From Podarcis tiliguerta (taxonomy: Eukaryota), in NCBI GenBank assembly GCA_965153285.1, contig OZ229112.1: a DNA stretch of 64,000 bases, one strand, 5' to 3'. Numbering within the stretch: position 1 is the stretch's first letter; each line of letters opens with the position of its first letter. Below the pieces are notes generated by a model. That model saw nothing but the letters and a program-made list of their open reading frames with translations, was not told the origin of the DNA and did not search any database. Made by a program: the position numbers and the translations under genes. This document shows positions 1-12,744 of the stretch, piece after piece.

Positions 1-426
1 AACCCCCCCCATTACATTAAATAAGGACAGAATTAAAAAGTTGAAAGCCTATGCTTGGTCAATTTTCCAGGTTTCGGTTTGGTGTAGGAAACATTCCAAG
101 ATTTTCTGATTTATTTGTTTATTATTGAAGAACTAGGATCATTTCCAAGATAATCCAAGGGGAGCTCCGGTGAGCTCATCCATCTCTAATTGCATTGGCT
201 CTAGAGATCTAGTGAAGATCACTTGAGTTCTGGCTAGATATTTGAAATCAATCCCAGCATACAATTCTCTTGTCTTCTCCCCACATTATTTATCTGCTCA
301 CCCAACTCTCCCAGAAATACATCTACCAACCACATGAAGTTCTTCTATTAAGTTGGTCCATACTGTTTCCTGTAATCATCTATTTTTGGGTTTCTTTTCT
401 CAGCTAGTTCCCTATGGGCTACCTGA

Positions 427-485
427 GCGCATGCACATGCGTGCGTGTGTGCGTGCGTGCGTGCGCGCGCGCACACACACACACA
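427..485. repeat. Alternating purine-pyrimidine (GCGT/GC/CA)n microsatellite
   Basis: Direct reading. Confidence 0.9.
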
Positions 486-820
486 GTAGAATTGGCCCTA
501 TTAGGTTTAGAAACTGATCCACAGCTTGTGGGGCAAGCTTGTTGGTAGTATCAACTATGGCAAAGTGATGTAGAATACATTCCAGACATGTGCCAATGAG
601 ATGTGGCTAGTTGTGTTTCTGCAGCATCTGGCTGTTTGTGTTTGTAGTTCATACTTTATTTTCCATTGCAAACTCTGGTGTATATATATAGCACAACATA
701 TTCATTGAACAAATAAAAAAAAAAAAAGCTCCTGGCTGCTGTTTTGTTATGGTGCAAAAGAACTCTGCACAAAGACAAAATAATTTGATAAACAGTCTAG
801 GCAAAGCATAATTGTTGTAC

Positions 821-955
821 CTGACATATTGAGGTCTCAGGATCACACATGTCACTATGGCCATGGCACTGACACGGAACACAGGCACCAAACGCCGGCC
901 CTGGTCTTCTGCCAGCAGATGTGGAAGGAAGTCTATAGAAACCTGGGGAGCATGT
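821..955 (-). CDS. LAMA2: LAMA2 exon 29 equivalent (LEc)
   Basis: tttcag|ACA...CAG|gtacaa; 135 nt; [45 protein letters not shown]. Confidence 0.95.
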
Positions 956-2080
956 CTGAAAGAAAACACAGTGAGGAAGCCAAATGCCATTATATTGTGG
1001 CTTGGATAGGAAGGATTGGATAAGACTGCAAACACATCTCCATTCCCACTAGCTTTGACAGGCAACCTGCTCTTCGTCATTCCAACTGCATGCTTCAAGC
1101 TGTTTTACAAACAATGCACACTACACTTTAGAAGTAACAGAACCAATCCTAATTGAAAACTCTGCTGCCAGATCCCTTGGGTTGCAAAGCAACACTACTA
1201 GGCTTTTCATATTACAGCTAGAGAAACCTTTCATTTAGATGCTCCCTCCTTGTACATCATGTATCTCTCCCTCTATTTCCTAAGAAAGAGAACTCTCTCT
1301 CTGTGTTCACACACACACACACACACACACCACTGGCTGTGCAAAGTGAGCAAAAGTACTCTGTATTCACGTTGTCCTTGCTGTGTTTTTCTGAGATGAC
1401 AAGCTAATATCTGCCTACACACAGGCTGATAGATAACAAGCAAATGCCCAGTGATACTCAGCAAAATATGTCTTCATGGCTACATTATTTATACTTGTAT
1501 AATTTAAAGACCATAAAAATAAAGAATTCAGGAGAATAAAAATGCTACCATGGCCTGAGACCATTAGTCCTTGAAATAAAATTTATCTAGGTCTTGTACA
1601 TTTTCTTCACCCAGCAGTAAAAATCAGCAAGCATGCTGAAAATTCCCATCAAAGATGACAGATGCAAAGAAAGAGAAGCAAACCTGCATCTTCTGACCCT
1701 CCTTTCGTTCCTATTATTCCCTAATGCACCTCATCTTTAACCAGATTGTAAACCTGTGGACAGAGTTTGCCTTTTCAGAGTTCTACAGAACTGCTTTATA
1801 AAATAAAAACAGCAACAGTAAATAATGATGATAACAAAAATGGTAGCGTTATAATGCATCTATAGCTCTTCTGAGAAGTACAGAAAATCAACAATAAGTT
1901 AGGGAAGAGCCTTGGCTTAGTACATGCTATGAACGCAGAGGTTCAATCCCAGCATCTTTAAGCAGGATTGGTGGTGGAAGGACACTGTCTGAAAGAGCTA
2001 CTGCTGGACAATGCAGATCAGAGACGGGGAAGCTGAGGCCCTCCAGATACTTCTGGATCCTCTAAACAGCATGGTTATAG

Positions 2081-2417
2081 GTAAAGGGTAAAGGGGACTC
2101 CTGACCATTAGGTCCAGTCGTGACCGACTCTGGGGTTGCGGCGCTCGTCTCGCTTTATTGGCCGAGGGAGCCGGCGTACAGCTTCCGGGTCATGTGGCCA
2201 GCATGACTAAGCCGCTTCTGGCGAACCAGAGCAGCGCACGGAAACGCCGTTTACCTTCTTGCCGGAGCGGTACCTATTTATCTACTTGCACTCTGACATG
2301 CTTTCAAACTGCTAGGTTGGCAGGAGCAGGGACCGAGCAACGGGATTCGAACCGCCGACCTTCTGATCGGCAAGTCCTAGGCTCTGTGGTTTAACCCACA
2401 GTGCCACCCATGTCCCT
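2081..2417 (-). mobile_element. Sauria SINE (Squam1/POM-type), near full length
   Basis: tRNA-like head, (ACCTTT)-type tail, 13-bp TSD agcatggttatag (2068-2080 / 2418-2430); small internal deletion relative to the copy at 49622. Confidence 0.9.
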
Positions 2418-5064
2418 AGCATGGTTATAGAAAGCCCCCAAAAGCCACTGCTAGTCAGAAGAACCAGTGGTGTGCCTCACAAGCAGTTTCCTATGTTCCT
2501 ATGTTGCTAGCTGTGTCCTGGGACTCATCACACTTAGAGGGCCTTCACCTTTGAGCTTTCCCAATACTTTGTTTCAGTTATTCTCGGTTTAGGCTTACAG
2601 CTTAGCATTTTCGTAGCACCAAGACTGATTGGAACATTAAGTTTCCAGTGCTATGAACTAATCCTCATTCAGAATGACCGAATACAATGGGACTTGTTTC
2701 TGAGTAAACATGCACTCCTGGTGTACAGTATCATGAGACGGTGGCAGAGACATGGCAGCTGCTAACTCAGAACTATGGCTGCTGCACTGCAAGCAGAAGC
2801 CATAGTGGCCTGCCTACTTACTGAAACTCACTCAGCAGACATACACCTGCATAGTTTTGCTGAAGTAGTAAGTAGGGATGTTGGAGAGTTCAGACAAAAA
2901 TGGAAACAGAACAGAAATTGCTGATGTTAGCTTAATTGTCCCATGTCTGGAAAGGAAATCAATGCAGTGAATAAGATCTGTATTCATTGTTTTAGTTGCT
3001 TTCATTTCGCAAATGATGCATTATTGATTACCTTTCCCCCTAATTTACACCTTCGCATTGAAATGAATGGGGTGGAGTAACGTAATGACAACATCATTAT
3101 GTAAGTTATATAATTATACAAATTACATAATTTCACTACAGCAGATAGCAAGAATAATAACCTAGTTTTTGGAAGAAGATGAACTGCAGTAGAACAGAGA
3201 CAGTGCTGTGTGCAAGGAATACAGGGCAGAGTGGAAAATGATGCCTTCCCACAACCTACAGTAAGTAGTAGCCCACATATCTTTAACACAGCATGGTGGC
3301 AATGCAGGTAAGCCTGTCAGGTTCACTTAGCAGCAGAGCCAGCAGTCTTCCATGGAACCACCTCATAAACTGACACCAGCACACCTCTATCCCTCCTGCC
3401 ACAATTCTGCAACTTTTTTTTTCTAAAATCTATTCTTACTTTAAAAAACTAAACAAATGAAGAAATAACCATGTTCTTTAAAAAAGGGCGACAGCTTCTC
3501 TGAAGCATGGCAGGTTGGTGAAAGTGCTTGTTCAGCTATTATTTGAATAGCTGGAGTGTATGTTCCTCGTATAAATTACAAAACACATATGGTCCAGCTC
3601 ATATGGTCAGTGAAAAATATACTATAAGCCCTCCACAAGTAGCATAGGCTTTCTACACTATTTCTATTGATCCTGTAGAACAATATAGTTCAGGATGCAT
3701 TTGGCAAAAAGAACTAGAATCGTTATAAAGGTTAAAATGGACATGCAGTCTAAAGTGTGACAGAAGTCTCATGCATGCACTTCTACTCCATTCCTGAGGC
3801 ATTTCAAAAACTATTTCCAGCAGACTTGGGGCCAAACTACATAGATCACAAAGATCTGCAAGGAGCCAGCCAGCCAGCCTGTCTGCCTGCCTGCCTGCAG
3901 TATGGGATTGGGACTCTGTCTGGATCAGGATCCCAGCTCTGTAGTGGTGGGGTCGTTTTTTTAACCCTTTGTCCTCCACTCTTGGCTGAATCTACTTTAG
4001 CTCCCCTGCACCTATATTCTGCAATGCCAAAAGTCCTGTTTATATCATGTCCACAACAGGGGTGGGAAAAGCATTCAAGGTCCCTTAACCCCACACACCA
4101 AGATCCTGATTAAAGCTTGTGCCCCGGCAATTTGTCAAATAAACAACCCCACACTGAAAGGAGCAGCTACATGACTAACATCACATGTTTTTGGCCCTTT
4201 GGCTGATGGAAGGAGTTTCAATTCACATTCCCTACATTAACTTAAGTCTTGTTGATTTCAATGGACTTCAATTGATTTCAGCATGTTCAAGTCTGGATTC
4301 AACCCATTACTTTTAAAGGATTCAGCACATCATTTAAGATCTTTTACATTCACTTTGGATTTGGAAGATTTGGAATGTTAAAGCTGCCAACTGAACATAC
4401 CTTCTGCTCATTTGGCATCATCAAGGTTTGGAGAAAATTCTAATTGAGATGAATAGTAACACATGAAGAATTTGTTCTTCACTATATATTCCTTAATTCT
4501 GTGAACTGTAGTTATCAAAAGAAAAAGCACCATAATAGAATGTTTTAAAAGTGCCAGTAACTTTAGAAATTATACCCTTGACATCGGATATGAATAAATA
4601 ACCAATATGACAGTTCTTCGAATAACAATAAAATCTTTCCTGTTTCATCTGATATGCTATTTATATTCCTCTGTGAAATAATTTCAGAGAGGGAAATGTG
4701 AGCAAAATATGAATAACCTGAGCATATAATAATATTTCTCAGTTGATAAGGTGCACATAGTGTTTTTTGTGTTTTTTTTTTAAAAGAAAATCACAATTGT
4801 ACTTTGGATGTAAGATGTAAAGGTTTTCAAGTCGCTGTCATCTTTAAATTCCATTATAACAACTTTGATATGCACATTATGTATACAACTACGTAATAAC
4901 AAAATTAAAGAACACAAGTGCCAATCTCAATGAAAAAGCAGGAAAGCAAAATCACAAAGAACTGCAATACAAAATTGGTGCACTAATAGTATGCTCGATG
5001 ACTGCTTAGCATAGTCTTTACAGCCCAGTCCAGTTTTGTTTATATTCACCCCAATTTATTGACC

Positions 5065-5130
5065 CACCCATTTATTGAGCACCCATCCATTTTATTAGAG
5101 CACCCACCTATTTTATTAGAGCACCCACTT
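5065..5130. repeat. ~21-bp tandem repeat, 3 copies (cacccacctattttattagag)
   Basis: Direct reading. Confidence 0.8.
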
Positions 5131-5466
5131 ACTAACCTAGTTAAATCCTCAAAGTTCTGTCTGGATGGTCTCCTGCTGCACACTATGAAAATACCATTGC
5201 TCTGGAATTGTGACAGCAGATTCACAAGAACATAAGGATCACCTGGCATAATTAGACTAACTCCAATTTAATCTAGCGTCATGGGTCAAATCCAACTTAG
5301 TTATACCCAGAGTAGGCCTATGGAAATCAGTGGATGAGACTAACTTCAATGGTCCAAACTGGATGTTATAAAGGTACACGCATGATCAAATCTCCTGACT
5401 CTTCTCTAAAGTTTAAAAGCAGCCATAGGGATGCAGGGCTAAATGGGATTGGGTCCAGAGCACGGG

Positions 5467-5471
<5 letters not shown>

Positions 5472-5505
<34 letters not shown>
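5472..5505. repeat. (GT)n microsatellite
   Basis: Direct reading. Confidence 0.95.
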
Positions 5506-5506
<1 letters not shown>

Positions 5507-6405
5507 CCTTTTTTAATCAAAATAATGTCCTCCAAAGCTGCTCTTTGTCCTGCAGATGGAAACAGGTATTCTATATTAAAATGTGTGTGTGTGTGACGTG
5601 GCAGTGCACCTCTGAAAGTGTGCGTGTTTATAATGCCCCCCAACACACACACAAACTCCACACCACACCACACCACGCCACGCCATGCCACGGCACACTG
5701 TGCTTTGGTAGAACTGTATGTATGGCTGTATCAAGATTATTTGCATGGTCCTGATGCACAGAATATAGAGGGGTGGAGGAAGATACAGATGAGCTGAAGG
5801 AACAGAAAGCTGTAACAAACTGTGTAAGCTCCAGTTCTGGAACAAATTCTGGAACTTCACCAAGTTAAACTGGAATTCAGGAAAATAAGAACACAGGAAG
5901 AAACTGGAAGAAACAATAACAGGACAGGGAACCTGTGCTCTGTCCATGCCGAAATGTTGCTGGACTACAGCCCCCATCATCCATTACCTCTAGCCATGCT
6001 GACAGGGGCTGATTGGAGTTGGAGTCCAACAACATCCATAGGCCTATGTTTCCCACTCCTTTCATAAAGGAATGGAATGCTGCATGGGAGCTGACTTGGG
6101 CCCCAGATTATGGGTGCCCAGTGCGTGTGACGTCATGGCATCATGAAATCATGTGCAACCTCTGGTCTTGGGTTCAGAGGTCTCAGAAGGCTTCAGACAG
6201 CATCTCCAAGGCCTTGCGAGACCTCAGAAGTTGTGGGGGGGCCCTGAGGTGTGGGTGCTGAATACCCACAACAATTTCTGTGTGTGCATTCTGGCACCCA
6301 GAGCCCCCTATAGTTGGTGCCCCTGGAATGGTGGAAACCTTATTCATCTCATCACTACTGATAAAATGGCTACAGTATAGACACATAGTGAAAGAGTTAC
6401 TCTAC

Positions 6406-6523
6406 CTCACAAGACAAGCCAAAATAACCCAAAGGGCACTCGCATTTCTCAATCAGTTGTGCACGAGGCGTCCTTCCTGACACATTTCCTTCCTCTGCAA
6501 CTTCCATGGAGATCTCAGAAATT
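6406..6523 (-). CDS. LAMA2: LAMA2 exon 28 equivalent (end of L4b)
   Basis: tgccag|A...GAG|gtagag; 118 nt; ISEISMEVAEEGNVSGRTPRAQLIEKCECPLGYFGLSCE. Confidence 0.95.
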
Positions 6524-9500
6524 CTGGCAGAAGGGTGGAGAAAAAATTAAAACTAGCTAATGAATCTCTTCAGCATTGATTTGGCTTTAGTTGATACACA
6601 ACATTGAATATAGCTACTTTTTCCTCAGCCTCTTGGCATCATTCATATAAGAAAAAAACACCACACATTTATTTTTGTCTGTCTCAAAGGAAGATCAAAG
6701 CTAGCACCATTTTTAACATAGTTCATAGCCGCGATTAGTCTGCACCAAGGGAACGAATGTAAAGTATACTTGCGCATTCGCCTTCAGTGTTGTTTGGTTT
6801 TAATTTTAGAGCCAAAATAACAAGAGCTCGGCAAACAAAATGAAACTTACAGGATGTGCAACACACTTCAAAGACACTGCCGACTTGCCTTTCCAAGACT
6901 GTTTTTAAGATCTGCAGCCAGAATCTAGTATTTTGTCAGAATATCATGAAGAAACTCAAACAGATGCTCCAACACACTTATCATGCCATGTAAGGTTTTT
7001 CCCCCTATTTTTTTTTTTTAAGAGACAGCAAACACATTGCTGAGTCTTCTCCACCTCACCTCATTAGATTATACCTTCCTTATGAAGGATGCTGCTGTGC
7101 ATGTATGTGTGGTGCACGCGCGCGCACACACACGTACATGTGTGTGTATGAGTATGCATGGGTTTAAAGCAGGAGTGGGGAGGCAGTGGGGCAGAAGAGA
7201 TGTGTGGATGTTTATACTACAAAGAACACTTTGGAAGGGAGTACGCCATAGAAAGAGAAGAAAATAAATTGGGGGGGGGGGGGTTTCCCTACACATTCAG
7301 TGCCTGACTGGTGACTTACCTAGCAATTTCTGTACTTTTGTTACAAAGAACGTTGCCATTTTGGAGCCAGTAGAATTGGTCCATGTGCCATAAAAACAGA
7401 GTGCTAAGAGACAGAAGCAGCTAAAACAGAAAGCAGCTAACTACATACTTGAGTTCCAAAACAAAAACAAATCACCTGTAGCATGTTAGAAAGCTCATGA
7501 CAAGTGAGGGTTGGCTGCTGCCTAGAGTCCACTTAAAGGATTTTTAACACAGATACCCAGTTTATATTAGAAGTTCTGAAAAAATGACTAAAATGGAGCA
7601 AACAGTTCCAGTTCAAGCAAACAGAGTGTCCTTGTCCACTTTTCTTGAAAAAGGAAAACAGCCACATAATAGAAGAAATGTTTCAATTTTGAGTAGTAAA
7701 TCTGAATCTGGGAACAACCAAATTAGCACAGCAGGAGAAAAATGTTTGGCTTTAGGTTTTTTAATGGCAGCCTCTGAATCACTTGCTATAATAGCGTCAC
7801 TTTCATGCAGAAACATGATTAGCGTTGTGGCTAAATTACATAGCTAATATAGAGTTACCACTGGAATTAAGCTATTTTTACACTTGAACTTACTGTCAGT
7901 GTAAGGTCTCTCTATATTATTTTGCTGCAATATCTCGGTGATCTGTAGTGCTGCATTTGCAAACATGTCAGACAACTCCCCCTTTTAAAATATGTGCCAG
8001 AATTAAGGAATCAGTTCCCAAAGACTCATAGGAAAAGTCTGACTTCACTGAAGCTAATAATGGCCCTCTTAGCTGCCCCAATTCTCTTTGCCCCTGGTAT
8101 GCCCTGTACCTTTGCAGTTTGGAATCCTAGGTACATAGTGTCACTGGATCTGCAAACTTCTTAACGCACTGCTAAACTACCAGCCTTCTGGTAGGGGCAA
8201 GAAAGAGGCAAGAAACTAGAGAGCACTTGCTTTGCATTGGGATGGAGTTTGTCAAGGGTGAGGAAGATGCAGTGAATTTCCCCCCATTCTATAACTGTGA
8301 TTCGTCCCCTTCCCCCATGTTTCAGAGCAATACTTTGGACCACTTTTTCTTACATCTTACCCTCAGAAAAGAATTGTCCAAAATGATTAAGTTAAAGATT
8401 GTGTTGGCAAAAAGGTAGTGAAGAATTGTTTGATCTTTAATACACTTTGAAAAACTAAATGACATTGTGAATAATCAGCAAGGTGCATTACGCAACCCCT
8501 GCCCCCAGCAAAAGGATTGGTTTGGTAATAGAATCATTTCAATAAAAATACCAAATTTACAAGAGCTAGGAGTACCAGTGTTCCATAAAGGTAGGGTATT
8601 CAAGTCACCTAAGGGCAGCTTGCATCATTATTTCACATTGAGTTGGTTCCTATGATCAATAGCTAGAGAACAACTGCTCAAGCAAGCAAGCAAGCAAGCA
8701 ACTCATGTGAGCAGCAAACTCCAGTAACATTACGGCTCCTCTTCTATGAACTGGAAAATTTGTGTGGGCAGTGAGTCGGTGGCTGATCTGCAAAACTCAG
8801 TCATTTGTTAAAATTTAGAGCAACCGGGAAACTGACATGTTCTGCAGTGCAATTTATTATGATGCACACTCACACAGACACTCATAGTGCTCAGTTGGGT
8901 TTACATCAAGACAAGCATCATGCCTTGGCTTGGCCCTGGGATAGTTGTAGCTGGGATTTAGTTCAAGGGCAGATAAATGAGGATCAGAAAGGAAACAGAC
9001 ACGATCATAGATAGGCATGTAGTCAGACACTGGATTAGGCAGGGAAGGATCAAAGGTCCCAGGGTCAATAAGACATGGTTAAAGGTGTGGGGTGGTGGTG
9101 GTAGTACTAGATATGGCAGATGGGAAGAAAGAAAGAAAAACACAGAGGGAAGTGCAAAATCGTAACAGGGCAGAACACTGAGTTCCAAGGCAGCAATAGA
9201 GTTAAAGGGTCTAGAAGCAGATGCAAAGCAGAAATCAGGGGACGCTAACAAAGCATAGTCACAGTAAACAAATATAACTCAAACCAATAAGCTAGCTTCA
9301 ATGGGCTTTGTGTACTGATTGGTGTGGGGAGTCAGCTGATTCTCTTCAAGCTGGAAGGTCATGTGATTCTTTTCAGGCAACCTTCTGGGCACCTTTCCCC
9401 CTAAAACAGGCAAAGGAGAAGCCTAGCTTGCCTGGCTTCCTGAGGATCCAGAGACTACAGCTGCTGCACTCGCTGATTTGAATTCGCAGCCTTGGGGCTT

Positions 9501-10201
9501 TAGAGAAAGTGTGTGGAGAATTGCAGCCGAAGTGGTCGCAATAAATTGACTTTGTAATGTGAACAATTCTTCTAATTCTCCTACCTAGTCTATCCCTGGA
9601 CTAATGCAAGGCTAGCCATTGAATTTCATGGCTGAGTGAGGAGTTGAAAATGGGCACCTGCAGCTTAAAACTAACACACTATTACACCATACTGGCCTTG
9701 AGACATCCATGTTGGCTAATAGTGACCCCCTGAAGGGATTTGGTCCCACTACTCAAAACGTAACCCTCTTCTACTTTCTGCAATTAGTTACTGGCTGGCA
9801 ACTTTTTAGTTAGCAGATTTAAAATGGGTTGCTGTGTACCCTCATTCTCTTGGATTCTCTTTTACTGAATATAGTTGCTGTCAGTGCTTAATTTCAAGGA
9901 TGAGAGGTTCTGCCATTTAAGCCATATGGAGATTTATATAAAAAAAGGTAGTTTGCTGGCCTAGTCCAACACAGGTTCTCTTCAGCCTACTGACACCAAT
10001 GGTGCAAGATGGAGATAATACTGTGTGAGACTGTACATTAGAAGAGACTAGCTTAATCAGGCCAAATGGAAGCTGGACCTGAGGGCAACAACTGGTGGCT
10101 TGTGCCTTTCCTGTGAAAATGAATCCCCTCTGAAAATTACCTGGAGATTGATAACAGATGCCGAGGTTATAAATATTGATTGCATCATGCAAAATGGTTA
10201 C

Positions 10202-10335
10202 CTGCTTTGCCTCATGAAGCTGCCATGGGTAGCCTTAATGAGTATGTAATGAATGTTGTACAAAACATCCATGAAGTCCTCACGGGTCACAGTCCTACTG
10301 ACCCTTGGGTCGTCACTGTGATATTTCCACTCATG
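10202..10335 (-). CDS. LAMA2: LAMA2 exon 27 equivalent (L4b), after a 94-nt intron
   Basis: tttcag|CAT...AG|gtaacc; 134 nt; HEWKYHSDDPRVSRTVTREDFMDVLYNIHYILIKATHGSFMRQS(R). Confidence 0.96.
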
Positions 10336-10429
10336 CTGAAAGGGAAACAACATCAACGCCTCAAATGATTTAACTGTTTCCAAAGTGCCAGTGACACAGC
10401 TTCTTGAACAGGTTGGATTGAAAAATTAC

Positions 10430-10618
10430 CTCTGTCATTTCTATCTCATGTCTTGTCAATTGACCGTTCAGAGGAGCAGCTACGTGCCTGACAATAATCC
10501 TCGTATGGGTGGGAAGCCCACCTCTGATTATGACCTGTGGGTTGTAGGTTGCAAAGCCAGTCTCTTCTCGTGCTTCAAAGAAGATTGCATATTTCAGCTT
10601 TCCCCCATAAGCTGTCAA
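10430..10618 (-). CDS. LAMA2: LAMA2 exon 26 equivalent (L4b)
   Basis: tgttag|TTG...GAG|gtaatt; 189 nt; LTAYGGKLKYAIFFEAREETGFATYNPQVIIRGGLPTHTRIIVRHVAAPLNGQLTRHEIEMTE. Confidence 0.97.
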
Positions 10619-10837
10619 CTAACAAAGAAAATAAAACCCATATAAACATTGACTGGAAACCAACACCATATGCAGTTATTATTATTATCAGAAGAACATA
10701 CATATTAAATTAATCTTTTTTTCAATGAGACTAAAGGTCTGAAAGCATTATTTTGTGGATTTAAACATTATGTAGCTGTAGGTGAATGTATTTTTCCAAT
10801 ATGTTTAAAATATGTTTTTGAGCTCGTCAGTTAGCAA

Positions 10838-11093
10838 AAGAAGAGAAGAAGAAGAGTTTGGATTTGATACCCCGCCTTTCACTCCCTTTAAGGAGTCTCA
10901 AAGCGGCTAACATTCTCCTTTCCCTTCCTCCCCCACAACAAACACTCTGTGAGGTGAGTGGGGCTGAGAGACTTCCAAGAAGTGTGACTGGCCCAAGGTC
11001 ACCCAGCAGCTGCATGTGGAGGAGCGGGGACGCGAACCCGGTTCCCCAGATTACGAGACTACCGCTCTTAACCACTACACCACACTGGCTCTC
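10838..11093 (-). mobile_element. tRNA-derived SINE (Squam3-like), young copy
   Basis: Minus strand begins gagagccagtgtggtgtagtggttaagagcggtag...ggttcgcgtcccc (A and B boxes); MIR/CORE-like middle; (CTT)n tail. Confidence 0.8.
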
Positions 11094-12007
11094 AAAAACC
11101 TAATCAGTTCACTTCTGTGTTGTGTACTCCACATAACAGACCCACAAAATGACTTAAGATGAACCTATGAAGCCCAATTCCCCATGTCCATTTTAGGAAA
11201 CAGTCTCAGCCATTTTTGTATGGTGACGTGAAAAACAAATTTCTTGTTTTTCACAACACTCTTATTTTTCCTGTAACAGGCTAACAAGTCAATCCCTCTA
11301 GAATTTGAAATGAAACAAAGCAAAACACAGCAGCCTACATCAAGATAACCTAAAGCACATTCCAACATGGTGGCTGTTGTGGGAGATTTTTCTACTACAC
11401 TTCCCAAGTGCACCGCTCTGTATCTCAGTATAGCTGGAGGGTTAGGGTCAGCTAGAAAGAGACTGTGTTTCTTTCTGGATAATCCCAAATTGATCAAGGT
11501 CAGCTATAGCTATAGGCTATGAACAGAATTTTGTACTTCAGAGTATTGTATTGTAATGATTTCCTCAGTACTCAGATGGCTGTGCCTCAGCATACCATGA
11601 ACTGCAAATGTTATTAAAGAGTGTTTTTCCAGTATTCCAACAGAGCTGGCCTCTATCTGGGATGAGAAGAGCAAATAAGGAGAGTTCTGCCAGTTTTATT
11701 TTATTTAATAAATGCAATATATACTAACTTAGTTGAGAGTTGTTTTTCTGTATAAACAATAAAATCATGTACAGAAAGATTCATTTGGCTATTTGGGGGT
11801 GGGAACCCAATGGTTTTTCATGAAGATTTTAAAAAAACTTTTGCAAATCTTAGGGTTCTCCCAAGACTGCCTATTTAGCTACATAAGGACCAGCAGGTAA
11901 ACAGTTGTGACTGTTATATGATAAATTCAGTTTATCTTCCCCTTCCTAGGGAAACAAAATGTAAAATCTGCAAAATATCAGCTCCAATAAGAATTCATTC
12001 CCTTTAC

Positions 12008-12187
12008 CTTCCGTCCTTCAAACTGTTTTGGAAGTCTCCAGTAAAATGGTTCCGAGCGTAACTCTTGAGTGACCAAGTCGATATTTGCAATTGTCTCTGG
12101 GTATTGGTATATAATCCCTTGGACAGTTTGCTGCTTGACATTTTCATCAACAAGAGGAAGAATGACTTGATCTGGTTTCAGAGTCAA
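12008..12187 (-). CDS. LAMA2: LAMA2 exon 25 equivalent (L4b)
   Basis: ctgtag|TTG...AAG|gtaaag; 180 nt; LTLKPDQVILPLVDENVKQQTVQGIIYQYPETIANIDLVTQELRSEPFYWRLPKQFEGRK. Confidence 0.96.
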
Positions 12188-12375
12188 CTACAGTAATTAA
12201 AAGATTAGACAAATGTAAGATTTTCTTCTTCTTTCTGGACAAACGATATTAATTTGTGAATTATCTGAAGATTTAAATATTTTATCAAAAAAGCAAGATA
12301 ACAATAAAAGATACACTGGAATATGCAGAGTAAAACATTGAATAGTACATACTCAGAGACATCCTATAGACCATC

Positions 12376-12712
12376 TTGGCTGTGAGTCCTAGAAGACCTG
12401 CTCCTTGCCTTGCAGGCCTTTCCCCACCTGGCCTGGGAGGACAGGGCCCTGATTGACTCCAGCTGCAGAAGCTGAGGCAGCTGATCAGACTCTTGGGCTG
12501 GCTTGTTGTTGCGGGGCTGGGTTGTTGCAAGAAGGCGTTTTGTATCTGTATTTTAGATCTTGTGATTTACGTGGAAATTGTTAGTTTGGTTGTGCATGTT
12601 TTAATATTTTATTTATTGTTTATGATTACTTTTGTTATGTTATACTTATGTATTTTTTCATGTTATTAGCTGCCTTGAGCATGATTTGAAATGTGAAAAT
12701 ATGTATGTATAA

Positions 12713-12743
<31 letters not shown>

Positions 12744-12744
12744 T
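12376..12744 (+). mobile_element. Interspersed repeat with L2-like 3' end, copy 1
   Basis: Shares tgactccagctgcagaagctgaggcagctgatca and flanks with 63036-63415; ends agctgccttgag...(TATG)n. Confidence 0.75.

Noticed and set aside
5334-5754. Cys/Val- or His/Thr-rich ORFs
   Set aside because: Translations of (GT)n/(CA)n microsatellites.
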